A DNA stretch of 64,000 nucleotides from Desulfurivibrionaceae bacterium (GCA_031581485.1 JAVLBA010000003.1:5673-69672); one strand, 5' to 3'. Positions 33,492-43,268 are shown, counted from the first letter of the stretch. Translations and numbers: made by a program. Notes: generated by a model from the letters alone, not told the origin.

Positions 33492-36113
33492 ATGAGCAAA
33501 TTGTATGGCTGCTTGTTCCTGGCCTTTTTTCTGCTGGTGAGTGCTCCTCTGCCGGGTCGGGCTGCGGGCCAGGATGATCTGGCCCGGCAGTGTCCCCAGG
33601 CGGATAAGTATCGCCTGCAGCGCACTTTTTATCTGGCCACCCTCAAGGAAGTGGTGAGGGCCCCGCAGACCCCCCAGGAGGTCAAGGCCCGCTTTGCCGA
33701 CCTTGGCGCCCCTGAAAAAGGGCGGCGCCAGGCAGCCATCATTGCCTTGGCGCTGGCCGGCAACAGGGACCTCTTTTACCAGTTACTGGCGGCCGGGGAG
33801 GGCGCAGAGCTTATCACCTATGCCGAGCATTACCTGCGGCCGGATGGCAGCCTCTGCCTTGATCCCCAGATAGAAAAGGCCATTATCCGCCATTTTCATG
33901 ACCCTGGTTTGTCTCCGGCCTTCCTTTCCTTTTTCGAGACAAATCTCTACTCCAGTCAGGCCTTTTTCAAGACCCTGACCCCCCTCTCCTTTGAGGCGGA
34001 TAATCCGGACCGCTATGGCCGTTTGGTCAAGGCCCTCTGCGCCACCCGCCTGCCCGGCCTGGAACAAGAGCTGCTGGCCCTGGGCAGGGCGGCCCTGCCC
34101 CATGACACCCCCGCCCAGAAACGGCTGATGCCAGGGGTGCACCAGGCCCTTATCGCCTATTTTGCCGCTCAGCAGAGCCCTGTTTTTTCCTACTTCAGGG
34201 CGGTGCTGGCGGCTGAGCCGCGCAGCGAGGAGGTCGCCTATCTGCAAAAGAGCTACGGCCAAACCAGGCTCGCCATTTATCTGGCCCTGAGCCGCTATGA
34301 GGGGGAGGAATCCTTTACCCTCTTCCTGGAGCAGCTTGCTGAGCTTGGCAGGCAGCCGTGGGGCCCCTTTTACAACAAGGATCTCAGTCAGCTTCTCAGC
34401 TATCTCAAAGAGCACCCTTTTTTTGGCGAGAAAAAAGAGCAGGTGGTCCCTCTTTTGGCCCAGATCCTGGCCACTCCTTCTTTGCCCGACCAGCCCGGCT
34501 TTAAAACACCCCTGGAAAAGGCCGGCGAGCCGGAAATATATGACCGGCAGATCCGCACCCAGGTCTATGACCTGTTGGCCGCCATGGACTCTCAGGCGGC
34601 AGGCCGCCTGTTGCTTGATGAGTTGGCGGCCCAGGCTAGGGGGGCCACCGGCGACCATGGCCAGAGCTTGGTGGATGTCCTGTTGCAGGCCCTGGCCTCT
34701 GTGCCTGCTTCTGCTGTTCTGGATGTGGGGCGGCTCCTGGAGCTTGCCCCCCATTTAGGGGGGCAAGGGCAACAGCTGCGCCTGGCTGAAGCGGTGAGCC
34801 GCCATCCCACTCCCAGGGGCCTGGCCTTTGTCCTTGACAAGTTTGCGCTCGCTCTGGGTGATGAAGAAGAGGGGGAGGCTTCTCCGGGCCATCTCCAGGC
34901 GCAGGCCTTTCTTTTTGAGCAACTGCTGCACTTTGCCGCGCCCAGGTATCTGCTGCAGATCCGGACAGAGCTGGACGCCTGGTTTGTGGCCGGCCGGCTG
35001 CCTGAGAAGCGGTATCAGCAGATGAGCAGCATCCTCAGTGCACGTCTGGGGCAAGGCCTTCCCACCTCTCTTGCCCGGATCGGGGCCAAAAAAGAGGAGA
35101 GGCAGAGGCAGGAGCTGGCCGCATCCCATATCAGGTGGCGGCAGGAGATGGCGCAAGAGCTGCAAAACCAGGGATCCCCGGAGGGTATTGCCGCAAATAT
35201 CCAGACCCTGGCCAGCTTCGGGCCGGACGCCAAAAAGGCGGGCTACTGGCTCATGCGGGTGGGAGAGCCTGTTTTGCCCCAGGTCCATGCCGCCCTGGCC
35301 GATCCGGCGGCACCTGCCGCCTTGAAGATGCAGCTCATGGTGGTCCTGGCTGAGATCGGCAATCCCTCCTCCATCCCTTTCCTCCTGAAAGCAGCGGCTT
35401 CAGAGCCGGATAATCAAGAGCTTCTCGTCGATCTCTTCCTGGCTCTGGCCAAGTTGCCGCCCACGCCCGAGGCCATCACCTTTGTGGGCAACTCTCTGGA
35501 GAAAGAGAGCTCTCAGAAGATCAAGATGAGTGCCCTCGCCTATTTTGCCAGCCACCGACATGAAGATGGTCTTGAGTGGGCCCGCAGATTTGCAACTCCG
35601 GAAAATCCTTCGGGCCTGCGCTGCGTGGCCCTCTATCTTGCGGCCATGCTCGGTGAGGAAGAGGTGAAGGAGCAGCTGGTGACCATGCTGGCGGAACAGA
35701 AAAACAGCGGTGAAGAACATATCCTGCTGCGAGGACTGGCCGAGATTACCCGGCCGGCGGAGTTTCAGGGGCTTCTGGCTGATCTGGGGGTCTCTGCCGG
35801 TGAGGAGGTTGAGCAGATCACCAACTACGTCATGTTCCGGGCCGGCTCTGGCCAGCAAAAGAGGGATCTGGCGGAAAAACTCCTCACCGCCAAAAAACCT
35901 TTGTACTCCGAGCAGGCAGTGGAATTTCTTCTTGCCGGCCGGGAGTTTGCAGTGCTGGACAAATATCTGAGGATCCAGGGTGATCATGAGATGTCCCTTG
36001 AGATGGTCCTCTATATCTCGGCGGTTGCCCAGAGGATTTTCATAGAGAGCAGACGTCTGGGCTTTTCCCTGGCGGAGAGGGATGGTAAGATCCTTTTTCT
36101 CAAAGAAGATTGA
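33492..36113 (+). CDS. Large secreted alpha-helical (HEAT-like) repeat protein, unknown function
   Basis: Start at MSKLYGCLFLAFFLLVSAPLPGRAAGQDD (signal peptide); the ORF-track extension into hisHF is rejected. 873 aa, Leu/Ala/Glu/Gln-rich, with repeated ...ALA.L(G/P)...A...L motifs. Confidence 0.65.
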   Translation: MSKLYGCLFLAFFLLVSAPLPGRAAGQDDLARQCPQADKYRLQRTFYLATLKEVVRAPQTPQEVKARFADLGAPEKGRRQAAIIALALAGNRDLFYQLLAAGEGAELITYAEHYLRPDGSLCLDPQIEKAIIRHFHDPGLSPAFLSFFETNLYSSQAFFKTLTPLSFEADNPDRYGRLVKALCATRLPGLEQELLALGRAALPHDTPAQKRLMPGVHQALIAYFAAQQSPVFSYFRAVLAAEPRSEEVAYLQKSYGQTRLAIYLALSRYEGEESFTLFLEQLAELGRQPWGPFYNKDLSQLLSYLKEHPFFGEKKEQVVPLLAQILATPSLPDQPGFKTPLEKAGEPEIYDRQIRTQVYDLLAAMDSQAAGRLLLDELAAQARGATGDHGQSLVDVLLQALASVPASAVLDVGRLLELAPHLGGQGQQLRLAEAVSRHPTPRGLAFVLDKFALALGDEEEGEASPGHLQAQAFLFEQLLHFAAPRYLLQIRTELDAWFVAGRLPEKRYQQMSSILSARLGQGLPTSLARIGAKKEERQRQELAASHIRWRQEMAQELQNQGSPEGIAANIQTLASFGPDAKKAGYWLMRVGEPVLPQVHAALADPAAPAALKMQLMVVLAEIGNPSSIPFLLKAAASEPDNQELLVDLFLALAKLPPTPEAITFVGNSLEKESSQKIKMSALAYFASHRHEDGLEWARRFATPENPSGLRCVALYLAAMLGEEEVKEQLVTMLAEQKNSGEEHILLRGLAEITRPAEFQGLLADLGVSAGEEVEQITNYVMFRAGSGQQKRDLAEKLLTAKKPLYSEQAVEFLLAGREFAVLDKYLRIQGDHEMSLEMVLYISAVAQRIFIESRRLGFSLAERDGKILFLKED

Positions 36114-36147
36114 TAAATATGCCTGAACAGACAAAAAAAGGAGCATT

Positions 36148-36564
36148 GTGAAAAGCTATCATAAGGAATTGTGGTTTGAGATACCAGGCCGGCGGGGGAT
36201 GGTCAATATCACCCCGGAAGTGGAGGCCTGCCTGGCTGAAAGCGGCATTAGAGAGGGGCTCTTGCTCTGCAACGCCATGCATATTACCGCCTCTGTCTTT
36301 ATTAACGACGATGAGTCAGGTTTGCATCACGATTATGAGGTGTGGCTGGAAAAGCTGGCCCCCCATGCCCCGGTCAGTCACTATCGCCATAACAGCGGTG
36401 AAGATAATGCCGATGCCCACCTGAAGAGACAGATTATGGGGCGTGAGGTGGTGGTGGCTGTCACCGATGGGAAGCTCCACTTCGGGACGTGGGAACAGAT
36501 CTTCTACGGCGAATTTGACGGCCGCCGTCCCAAGAGGGTGCTGGTGAAGATTATCGGGGCTTAA
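36148..36564 (+). CDS. yjbQ: YjbQ/UPF0047 family protein (secondary thiamine-phosphate synthase-like)
   Basis: [12 protein letters not shown]...[34 protein letters not shown]...[39 protein letters not shown]. Confidence 0.8.
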   Translation: MKSYHKELWFEIPGRRGMVNITPEVEACLAESGIREGLLLCNAMHITASVFINDDESGLHHDYEVWLEKLAPHAPVSHYRHNSGEDNADAHLKRQIMGREVVVAVTDGKLHFGTWEQIFYGEFDGRRPKRVLVKIIGA

Positions 36565-36630
36565 GGAGAGGGGCCAGGAGCACATACAGCGCCTGACCAG
36601 AAGCTGCTCCTGTTGGTCAATTTCTGGCTC

Positions 36631-38325
36631 TCATCTGCCTGGGGGTGCCAGGGACAGATTCTTTTCATCAACCACCAGGATTTCGCTGTGCTTTAAGGCA
36701 CCCTTCTGGGTCTCCGCCAGGAAACAGATAAGGCGGGGGGTGCTGCCCTGATAGGGAAAGAGGGTCTGGAGGGCAGCTGGACCAAAGAGGGCAAATTCAA
36801 CCCGTTTGAAAAAGTGGTTCCGATTGGTGTGGCTGAAATAGGGCGGCAGATTTTGCGGCAGCTGCTGGTAGAGGTGCTGCTTGTTCTTTTTCAGGTCCTG
36901 GCCGGGAAGGTGGGCAGGCAGTTTCCGGCGCCCTGAGTAAAGCCAGCTCAGCTGGAGCAGCTCCTCAAAGGTTTTTTGGTCAGGACGGCTCTGCGCTGTT
37001 TCAGCCAGTAGGCGGCCCATGAACTCGTGGGTGGCGGCCTGATTGAAGAAATTGTGGCTGTGACAGACCGCAAGGAGCTGGGTGAAAAAATGGAAGCCGT
37101 TTTCGCCCTGGTGTCGCAGATAGCTGAAGAGCGGTTTGAAGAAACGGCAGTTGTAGAATTTCTCCACGCACTCCCCCAGCCAGTAATAATGTTTGAGCCG
37201 TTCGTGGGATAGCCACCTGTTTTGCAGGAGTTCGTAAGGCGGTTGCCGGCTGGCAACCATGGAAAACTCCTCCTGCTGCCGGGCCAGGGGGGTGTCGGGC
37301 AGGATTTTGAGGAGCCCCATCTGGATATAGTGGGGGGAGAGATCAAAGAGATCATTGAAGGTCTGCTGGTACGATTCTTCTGTCTCCAGAGGGAGGCCCA
37401 GGATCAGGTCGACATGGAGATGAATGGCGTCAAGTCCGGCCAGCCTCTTGATGTTTTCCAGGGCCCTGCTCACCTGGCTTTTCCGGTTGACGGCGGCCAG
37501 GGTCGGCGGGTGGGTGGATTGCAGGCCGATCTCAAACTGAAACATGCCCGCCGGGACAGTGGCCAGAAGGTCGAACATCTCCTCGTTGAAGAGATCCGGT
37601 GAAATCTCAAAATGAAAAGAAGTGTCGGTCTCCAGGGAGAGGATATGGCGCCACAGATCCAAGGTGCGCTGGGGCTGGGCGTTGAAGGTTCGGTCAATAA
37701 AGCGGATGATCTGTGGCCGGTGCTGGAGAATCAGATCCAGTTCCTGGCGCACCTGTTCAAGTTCCAGATGCCGCACCCCGGTCTCGTGGGCGGAAAGACA
37801 GTAGGAGCATGAGTATGGACAGCCCCGGGAGGATTCATAGTAGATATGGCGGTTGGCCAGAGGGCCGCAGAAATCCGCATCTCTGTAGGGCGAGGAAAAG
37901 GAAGGGTTTTTTTGACATTGATACCCCTTTTTAAGCTGCTGTCGGCGGAGATCGGTGAAGAAAATATCCGGCAGACCTTCTGCCTCCCCCGTGATCAGCA
38001 CCAGGTTGTCAAGAACAAGGCCTTTTGCCACCTCCTCGGCCTCCGGGCCGCCGATGATAAGGGGAAGGTGGGGCTGCAGGAGGCTGAGGTCCTTAATGAG
38101 GCGGCGGATAAAATCACTGTTCCAGATATAGACAGAGAAACAGTAGCAGTCAGCTGCCGGGTCGGTTATCCGGGCCAGGGTTTCAAAATAGGAATCGTTG
38201 ATGGTGAACTGCTGGAGGGTGATCCGGGCATCGGCGATTTTTTTTTCAAAAATCTGGCGCACATAAAAGAGGCTCAGGGTGGAATGGGTATAACGGCCGT
38301 TACAGCCGATCAGTTTGATATGCAT
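36631..38325 (-). CDS. B12-binding-domain radical SAM protein (DUF4080-type C-terminus)
   Basis: N-terminal cobalamin-binding-like domain, radical SAM motif ESSRGCPYSCSYC, and a long helical C-terminal extension. Confidence 0.8.
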   Translation of the reverse strand: MHIKLIGCNGRYTHSTLSLFYVRQIFEKKIADARITLQQFTINDSYFETLARITDPAADCYCFSVYIWNSDFIRRLIKDLSLLQPHLPLIIGGPEAEEVAKGLVLDNLVLITGEAEGLPDIFFTDLRRQQLKKGYQCQKNPSFSSPYRDADFCGPLANRHIYYESSRGCPYSCSYCLSAHETGVRHLELEQVRQELDLILQHRPQIIRFIDRTFNAQPQRTLDLWRHILSLETDTSFHFEISPDLFNEEMFDLLATVPAGMFQFEIGLQSTHPPTLAAVNRKSQVSRALENIKRLAGLDAIHLHVDLILGLPLETEESYQQTFNDLFDLSPHYIQMGLLKILPDTPLARQQEEFSMVASRQPPYELLQNRWLSHERLKHYYWLGECVEKFYNCRFFKPLFSYLRHQGENGFHFFTQLLAVCHSHNFFNQAATHEFMGRLLAETAQSRPDQKTFEELLQLSWLYSGRRKLPAHLPGQDLKKNKQHLYQQLPQNLPPYFSHTNRNHFFKRVEFALFGPAALQTLFPYQGSTPRLICFLAETQKGALKHSEILVVDEKNLSLAPPGR

Positions 38326-38473
38326 TGCGGGTTGTCGGAAAAAGTATCCTCAAAAAAGGGCAGGGCACCAGGATGGCCGGGAGAGTAGATATCTTTTCTC
38401 TTTCTACCATATATGCCCCGTATCAGCCCCATCTTTCCCTCTGTCTGGTCAGAGGTATTCATGGCCTAAAAAC

Positions 38474-38503
38474 TTGACATTTTTCCTGCTGAATGAGTAG
38501 GAT
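38474..38503 (+). promoter_or_regulatory. Candidate sigma70 promoter for the mla operon
   Basis: TTGACA (38474-38479), an 18-nt spacer, then TAGGAT (38498-38503), about 130 nt upstream of mlaE. Confidence 0.35.
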
Positions 38504-38634
38504 GACTGCCTGTGTTCTTATTGAAAAGAGTATGGTAATACCTTGTAAACAGCTTTTTTAAGAGTTTAACTTATTGCTGAAAGGAGTATTCTGGGGCATC
38601 TTTTTTTGGTCTGGAATATCTTGAGTCATATTTT

Positions 38635-39426
38635 ATGATTGTGCGCGCAATAGAGCAGTTGGGTGCAGGTGCCCTTTACCACGTCAGAGACCTCGGCCGC
38701 ATGGCACGATTTCTCGGCTATAGCGTTGCCGGCTTTTTTAAGCGACCATTTCGCTTTGCTGAGGTCATTCGCCAGCTTCGGCTCATCGGGGTTAACTCCA
38801 CGCCCCTCATTTTGTTCATCGGCCTCTTTACCGGCATGGTACTTGGCCTCCAGGGCTATCACACCCTGAGCAAAGTAGGGATGGAGGGGACCCTGGGCAT
38901 GCTCGTTTCCCTCAGCCTCATCAGGGAACTGGGGCCGGTATTGACTGCCCTCATGGTTACCGGGCGGGCCGGTTCGGCCATGTGTGCCGAACTCGGCATC
39001 ATGCGCAATACCGAGCAGTTTGACGCCCTGGAGTGTATGGCCATTGATCCTTTTCGCTATCTGATCAGTCCCAAATACCTGGCCATCCTCATTGCCATGC
39101 CCATTTTGACCATCCTCTTTGATCTCATCGGCATCTTCGGGGGATATCTCACCGGCGTTGTTTTGCTCGGCATCAATCCCGGCGCCTATATGAGTGGTAT
39201 TGAGGTGAAGGTGCTTAACGAGGATATCAGCCTGGGCCTCTACAAGTCGGTCTCCTTTGGCCTGCTCGTTGTCTGGATATGCACGGGTCGGGGTTATTTT
39301 GTCCAGCAGATAAAGGGGGCGGGTTTTGGTGCCGAAGCGGTGAGCCGGGTCACCACCCAGGCCGTGGTCTATACCTCCATTGCTGTCCTGCTCTGGAATT
39401 ATCTGATCACGGCGGTATTCATATGA
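38635..39426 (+). CDS. mlaE: Phospholipid ABC transporter permease MlaE
   Basis: 263 aa, with the pattern typical of MlaE/Ttg2B (GVNSTPLILFIGLFTGMVLGLQGYHTL...REL.PVLTALMV.GRAGSAM.AELG.M). Confidence 0.88.
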   Translation: MIVRAIEQLGAGALYHVRDLGRMARFLGYSVAGFFKRPFRFAEVIRQLRLIGVNSTPLILFIGLFTGMVLGLQGYHTLSKVGMEGTLGMLVSLSLIRELGPVLTALMVTGRAGSAMCAELGIMRNTEQFDALECMAIDPFRYLISPKYLAILIAMPILTILFDLIGIFGGYLTGVVLLGINPGAYMSGIEVKVLNEDISLGLYKSVSFGLLVVWICTGRGYFVQQIKGAGFGAEAVSRVTTQAVVYTSIAVLLWNYLITAVFI

Positions 39427-40190
39427 AACCGGCAATTCGTTTCGTGGATGTGGTAAAGAAATTCGGCGATCAGGTGGTCCTTGATCATGTCAATGTTGAA
39501 TTTCAGAAGGGTAAGACCACGGTCATTGCCGGCGGCAGCGGCCAGGGGAAAAGTGTGGCCCTCAAGCTTATCCTGCGCCTCATAGAGCCGGACAGTGGCC
39601 AGATTTTTGTGGATGGCATTGATATTGGCAGCTTAAACAGAAAAGAACTTGATGAGGTGCGTTCTAAATTCGGCGTCCTTTTTCAAGGTTCGGCCCTGCT
39701 CGATTCAATGACTGTCTGGGAAAATATCGCCCTTCCTCTCCGGGAACGGACGAAAATAAGCAGGGATGCATTGATCAGTCGGGTGGATGGCGCCTTGGCC
39801 CAGTTTGATTTAAGTGGCCATGGTGATAAATTTCCAGCCCAACTTTCCGGGGGTATGAGGAAGAGGGTAGGGCTTGCCCGCGCCACCATGCTCGATCCGG
39901 AAATTGTTCTTTTTGACGAGCCGACCACGGGCCTTGATCCACAGATCACCATGGATATCTACCGCCTTTTTTTCAGGACTCAGCAGCAATACGGCTTTAC
40001 GTCCATCATTGTCAGTCATGATATCCCTAAGGTGTTTAATCTTGCTGACCAGGTAGTGATTTTGGATGAGGGCAAGATGACCCTCTTTGAAAAGCCGGAG
40101 TTTATCCAGTATTCCACAGATCCTATGATTATGAAATTTGTCGAGCAGACCATGGGCGAGGTCTATACAAGTTCTGAAGAACTTAAATGA
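39423..40190 (+). CDS. mlaF: Phospholipid ABC transporter ATP-binding protein MlaF
   Basis: Walker A GGSGQGKS, signature LSGGMRKRVGLARA, Walker B IVLFDEPTTGLDP. ATG at 39423 overlaps the mlaE stop (ATGA). The longer ORF-track start is rejected. Confidence 0.9.
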   Translation: MKPAIRFVDVVKKFGDQVVLDHVNVEFQKGKTTVIAGGSGQGKSVALKLILRLIEPDSGQIFVDGIDIGSLNRKELDEVRSKFGVLFQGSALLDSMTVWENIALPLRERTKISRDALISRVDGALAQFDLSGHGDKFPAQLSGGMRKRVGLARATMLDPEIVLFDEPTTGLDPQITMDIYRLFFRTQQQYGFTSIIVSHDIPKVFNLADQVVILDEGKMTLFEKPEFIQYSTDPMIMKFVEQTMGEVYTSSEELK

Positions 40191-40279
40191 CCTCCCCGGT
40201 TTTCTCCTCTGAAATATCCCAAGAAAAAATGTATCCCTGGGTCAGGATTGCGACCCTTGTCAGGTGCGGGTGTTAGTCC

Positions 40280-40726
40280 ATGAAAAAAACACATTTTGAT
40301 TTCATTGTCGGCCTCTTTTTGTTGGTCGGATTTGGGGCATTCGGCTATATGACCACCCAATATGGGGAATTCTCTCTCTTTGAGTCGGGGAAACATTACG
40401 AGCTTTCTGCTGAATTCCACAATGTGACCGGGCTGAAAGTCGGCGCCAATGTCTCCATGGCCGGCGTGGAGATCGGCAAGGTTTCCGGGATAAGACTCAC
40501 TGAGGATTATATGGCCCATGTTACCCTCTACCTGGAAAAAAAGGTGAAGATTGCTGAAGATGCCATTGCCTCCATAAAGACCCAGGGGATTATTGGCGAT
40601 AAGTTTATCAAGATCAGTCAGGGCGGCTCAGAAGATTTTCTCAAGGATGGTGATTTTCTCTTTGAGACGGAATCCACGATTGATCTGGAAGATCTGATCA
40701 GTCAGTTTGTCTTTGGTAAGGTGTAA
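40280..40726 (+). CDS. mlaD: MCE-domain protein MlaD
   Basis: N-terminal TM anchor (FIVGLFLLVGFGAFGYM) followed by an MCE domain (F.NVTGLKVGANVSMAGVEIGKVSGI). Confidence 0.85.
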   Translation: MKKTHFDFIVGLFLLVGFGAFGYMTTQYGEFSLFESGKHYELSAEFHNVTGLKVGANVSMAGVEIGKVSGIRLTEDYMAHVTLYLEKKVKIAEDAIASIKTQGIIGDKFIKISQGGSEDFLKDGDFLFETESTIDLEDLISQFVFGKV

Positions 40727-40727
40727 G

Positions 40728-41741
40728 GTGGGGATCTCTTTTACTCCGCCGTTAAGGAAAGGGTTGTGGCTCCTCTTGGTCGCCCTGACGTCTCTGCTTG
40801 CCCCTCCCTCTGTTGCTGCCGTGGATCTGGAGGCCCTGCTTGATGACGATTTCGGCGAGAATGAGGAGCGGCTGGTTTTTGATCCCCTGGAGCCGGTGAA
40901 CAGGGTTTTTTTTAGATTCAATGACCGCCTCTATTTCTGGGTTTTGAAGCCCGTGGGCAAGGTCTACACTGCTGTTCTGGCTGATGAGGATGTGCGGGGC
41001 GCTATCAGCGCTGCTTTTCATAATATTCTGGCCCCGGTTCGGGTGGTGAACAACCTGCTGCAGGGCAAGATCAGGCAATCCGGGACTGAGATGGCCCGTT
41101 TCGCCATTAATACCGTTTTGGGTGCCGGTGGCCTTGGGGATCCGGCTGCCGTGGAATTCGGCCTGGCCAAGGCTGACGAGGATCTCGGGCAGACCCTGGG
41201 GTTGTACGGGATGGGCGAAGGTATTTATCTCTGCTGGCCCTTCCTTGGTCCTTCCACGGCCCGGGACACGCTGGGTATGGCGGGTGATTATTTTCTTAAC
41301 CCTGTCAATCATATCTTGGTCAATGAACCGAAAATCCAGGCTGGCCTCACTGCTTTGAAAGTGGAAAATGCGGCCACCTTAAAAGGAAAAGAGTATGAGA
41401 GCCTGGTCCGTGAGGCTTTTGATCCCTATATTTCGATACGGGACATCTATTATCAGCATCGGCGGAGTCTTATCACCGCCACCGTATCTGCAGAGCAGCA
41501 GGGCCCGGGGAGCAAAGGAGATGGGGGACGTCCCCAGGAGCCGTGTCCGGAATTTTCTGGGAATGGCTTGTTCCATAATTTGCTAAAGGCAAGACAATAT
41601 CAACAATGTCTCAATAATATGGGGGCAAAGGCATCGATTCATCGCACGCAAAATATGGGGCGTGCCCTGTACAGGGTTAGAGGGGATGCCCGGTCTGCCT
41701 CAGGACAGCAGTTGGTAATGGTGATGGATGTCGCGGAGTAA
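40728..41741 (+). CDS. mlaA: MlaA/VacJ family lipid-binding outer-membrane protein with a C-terminal extension
   Basis: FDPLEPVNRVFFRFNDRLYFWVLKPVGKVYTAVL and PFLGPSTARD are VacJ signatures. GTG 40728 (RBS AAGGTG) gives a signal peptide. About 90 extra C-terminal residues follow. Confidence 0.8.
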   Translation: MGISFTPPLRKGLWLLLVALTSLLAPPSVAAVDLEALLDDDFGENEERLVFDPLEPVNRVFFRFNDRLYFWVLKPVGKVYTAVLADEDVRGAISAAFHNILAPVRVVNNLLQGKIRQSGTEMARFAINTVLGAGGLGDPAAVEFGLAKADEDLGQTLGLYGMGEGIYLCWPFLGPSTARDTLGMAGDYFLNPVNHILVNEPKIQAGLTALKVENAATLKGKEYESLVREAFDPYISIRDIYYQHRRSLITATVSAEQQGPGSKGDGGRPQEPCPEFSGNGLFHNLLKARQYQQCLNNMGAKASIHRTQNMGRALYRVRGDARSASGQQLVMVMDVAE

Positions 41742-41743
41742 TA

Positions 41744-42391
41744 ATGATGAGATGCAATACAAAGATACGGGGACTGCAGCTCCTCTTTGCCCTTCTTCTG
41801 CTTTGGCAGGGGACAGCGGCCTGGGCCACTGATCCCCAGGCCGCCATGCAGGAAACCGTTGAAAATGTTCTGGAGATCCTCACTGATCCTGCTTTGGCGG
41901 ATGAGGCCCATTGGCAGGAGCGCCGCGAGCGGATCACCCAGGAGGTTGCCAGGCGTTTTAATTTTACCAAAATGGCACAAAGTGCTTTGGCCAGGGCCTG
42001 GCACGACAGGAGCGCGGCTGAAAAGGAGGAGTTTGTCGCTCTTTTTAAGGAGCTCCTGAAGGATGCCTATGTGGACAGGCTGAAGACATACTCTGATGGC
42101 AATTATGAGGTGGTTTTTGACAAGGTCCTGGTCCGGGGCACAAGGGCGGTGGTCAGCTCCATTGTCATCCAGAAGGAGCAGGAAATTTCTGCTGCCTATA
42201 AGATGTACCAGGAGGGCGACGACTGGTTTGTCTATGATGTGGTGGTGGAAGGGGTCAGTCTGGTGAGTAATTACCGCAGTCAGTTTGGCAGCATTATCCA
42301 AAAAGATGGTTATGCGGAATTGGTGCGGCGGCTGGAAAAAAAAATAGCAGAACCGCGAAATGCTGAAAACCTCAATGGGGAGTTGAGTTGA
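41744..42391 (+). CDS. mlaC: Periplasmic phospholipid-binding protein MlaC (Ttg2D-like)
   Basis: Signal peptide, then ...NFTKMAQSALARAWHDRSAAEKEEFVALFKELL..YVD... of the toluene-tolerance Ttg2 family. Confidence 0.8.
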   Translation: MMRCNTKIRGLQLLFALLLLWQGTAAWATDPQAAMQETVENVLEILTDPALADEAHWQERRERITQEVARRFNFTKMAQSALARAWHDRSAAEKEEFVALFKELLKDAYVDRLKTYSDGNYEVVFDKVLVRGTRAVVSSIVIQKEQEISAAYKMYQEGDDWFVYDVVVEGVSLVSNYRSQFGSIIQKDGYAELVRRLEKKIAEPRNAENLNGELS

Positions 42392-42392
42392 T

Positions 42393-42848
42393 ATGGGCTG
42401 TAATCTGGTCAGCGACGAGGCCCTTGCCAGGAGTTTTCCCTATCTCCTGCCCCAGGAGTGCACTGTTTTATGTGGTTTCCTGGAATATAAAAAATGCGCC
42501 AAGGGCGAGATCTTTGTCAATCAGGGTGATCCCGGCGATTCCATGGGTTTTTTGCTGACAGGGAGGCTGGCCATAAAGAAAGAAACCACCTTTCCTGGAA
42601 AGTTCGTCCTGGTGGCTATCCTGGAGGGCGGTTCTCTGGTGGGTGAGATCTCGATGGTGGAGTCAACCCCCCGCACCGCTACGGTGGTGGCCATGGAAGA
42701 GAGCGAGATTCTCATCCTTCCCCACTTGAAGGCCCAAAAACTGCTGGAGGAAAATCCCCAGCTGGGCATGAAGCTGCTGAAGAATATTGTCAGCGTCTTG
42801 GGCACCAGGCTGCAGCGATCTACCGCCAGGCTGGCCAAGTTGCTTTAA
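42393..42848 (+). CDS. Stand-alone cyclic-nucleotide-binding (cNMP) domain protein
   Basis: FVNQGDPGDSMGFLLTGRLAIKKE....GSLVGEISMVESTPRTATVVA fits the cNMP-binding beta-roll with its phosphate-binding cassette. Starts 2 nt after mlaC. Confidence 0.75.
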   Translation: MGCNLVSDEALARSFPYLLPQECTVLCGFLEYKKCAKGEIFVNQGDPGDSMGFLLTGRLAIKKETTFPGKFVLVAILEGGSLVGEISMVESTPRTATVVAMEESEILILPHLKAQKLLEENPQLGMKLLKNIVSVLGTRLQRSTARLAKLL

Positions 42849-42891
42849 GGGCCCCCTTGTCCGAAGGCGCCCCTTGCCTGCCATAAAAAGC

Positions 42892-42920
42892 TTGACATAT
42901 TTGGCGCTTTTTCTTAATTA
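42892..42920 (+). promoter_or_regulatory. Candidate sigma70 promoter for rpmF
   Basis: TTGACA (42892-42897), a 17-nt spacer, then TAATTA (42915-42920), about 130 nt upstream of rpmF. Confidence 0.4.
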
Positions 42921-43051
42921 GGTACCCTTCTCAGGGTTTTTTTGATTCGTTGTCCTGGAGGCGTCGGCACCATCCCGGCTTGAAAAAAGAAATGCAATGG
43001 GCTTAGCGCCTGTTACGTATGTATAGAATATATTGTTACGGAGAAGAGATA

Positions 43052-43240
43052 ATGGCCTTACCTAAAAGAAGAAAATCCTATTCAAAGACCCATATGGGTC
43101 GGTCCCATCACGCCCTTGTTGCTCCCAATGTCGGTGTCTGCACGCATTGTGGGGAGCCTAAAATGCCTCACCGTCTCTGCGGCAGCTGCGGCACCTACAA
43201 GGGGCGGGAAGTTATCTCCCTTGGCGAAGATCTTGCATAG
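43052..43240 (+). CDS. rpmF: 50S ribosomal protein L32
   Basis: MALPKRRKSYSKTHMGRSHHAL....C..CGEPKMPHRLCGSCGTYKGREV. RBS GGAGAAGAG lies upstream. Confidence 0.92.
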   Translation: MALPKRRKSYSKTHMGRSHHALVAPNVGVCTHCGEPKMPHRLCGSCGTYKGREVISLGEDLA

Positions 43241-43268
43241 GTTGTTTGCTCCCCCGCTCTCTTTTTAT

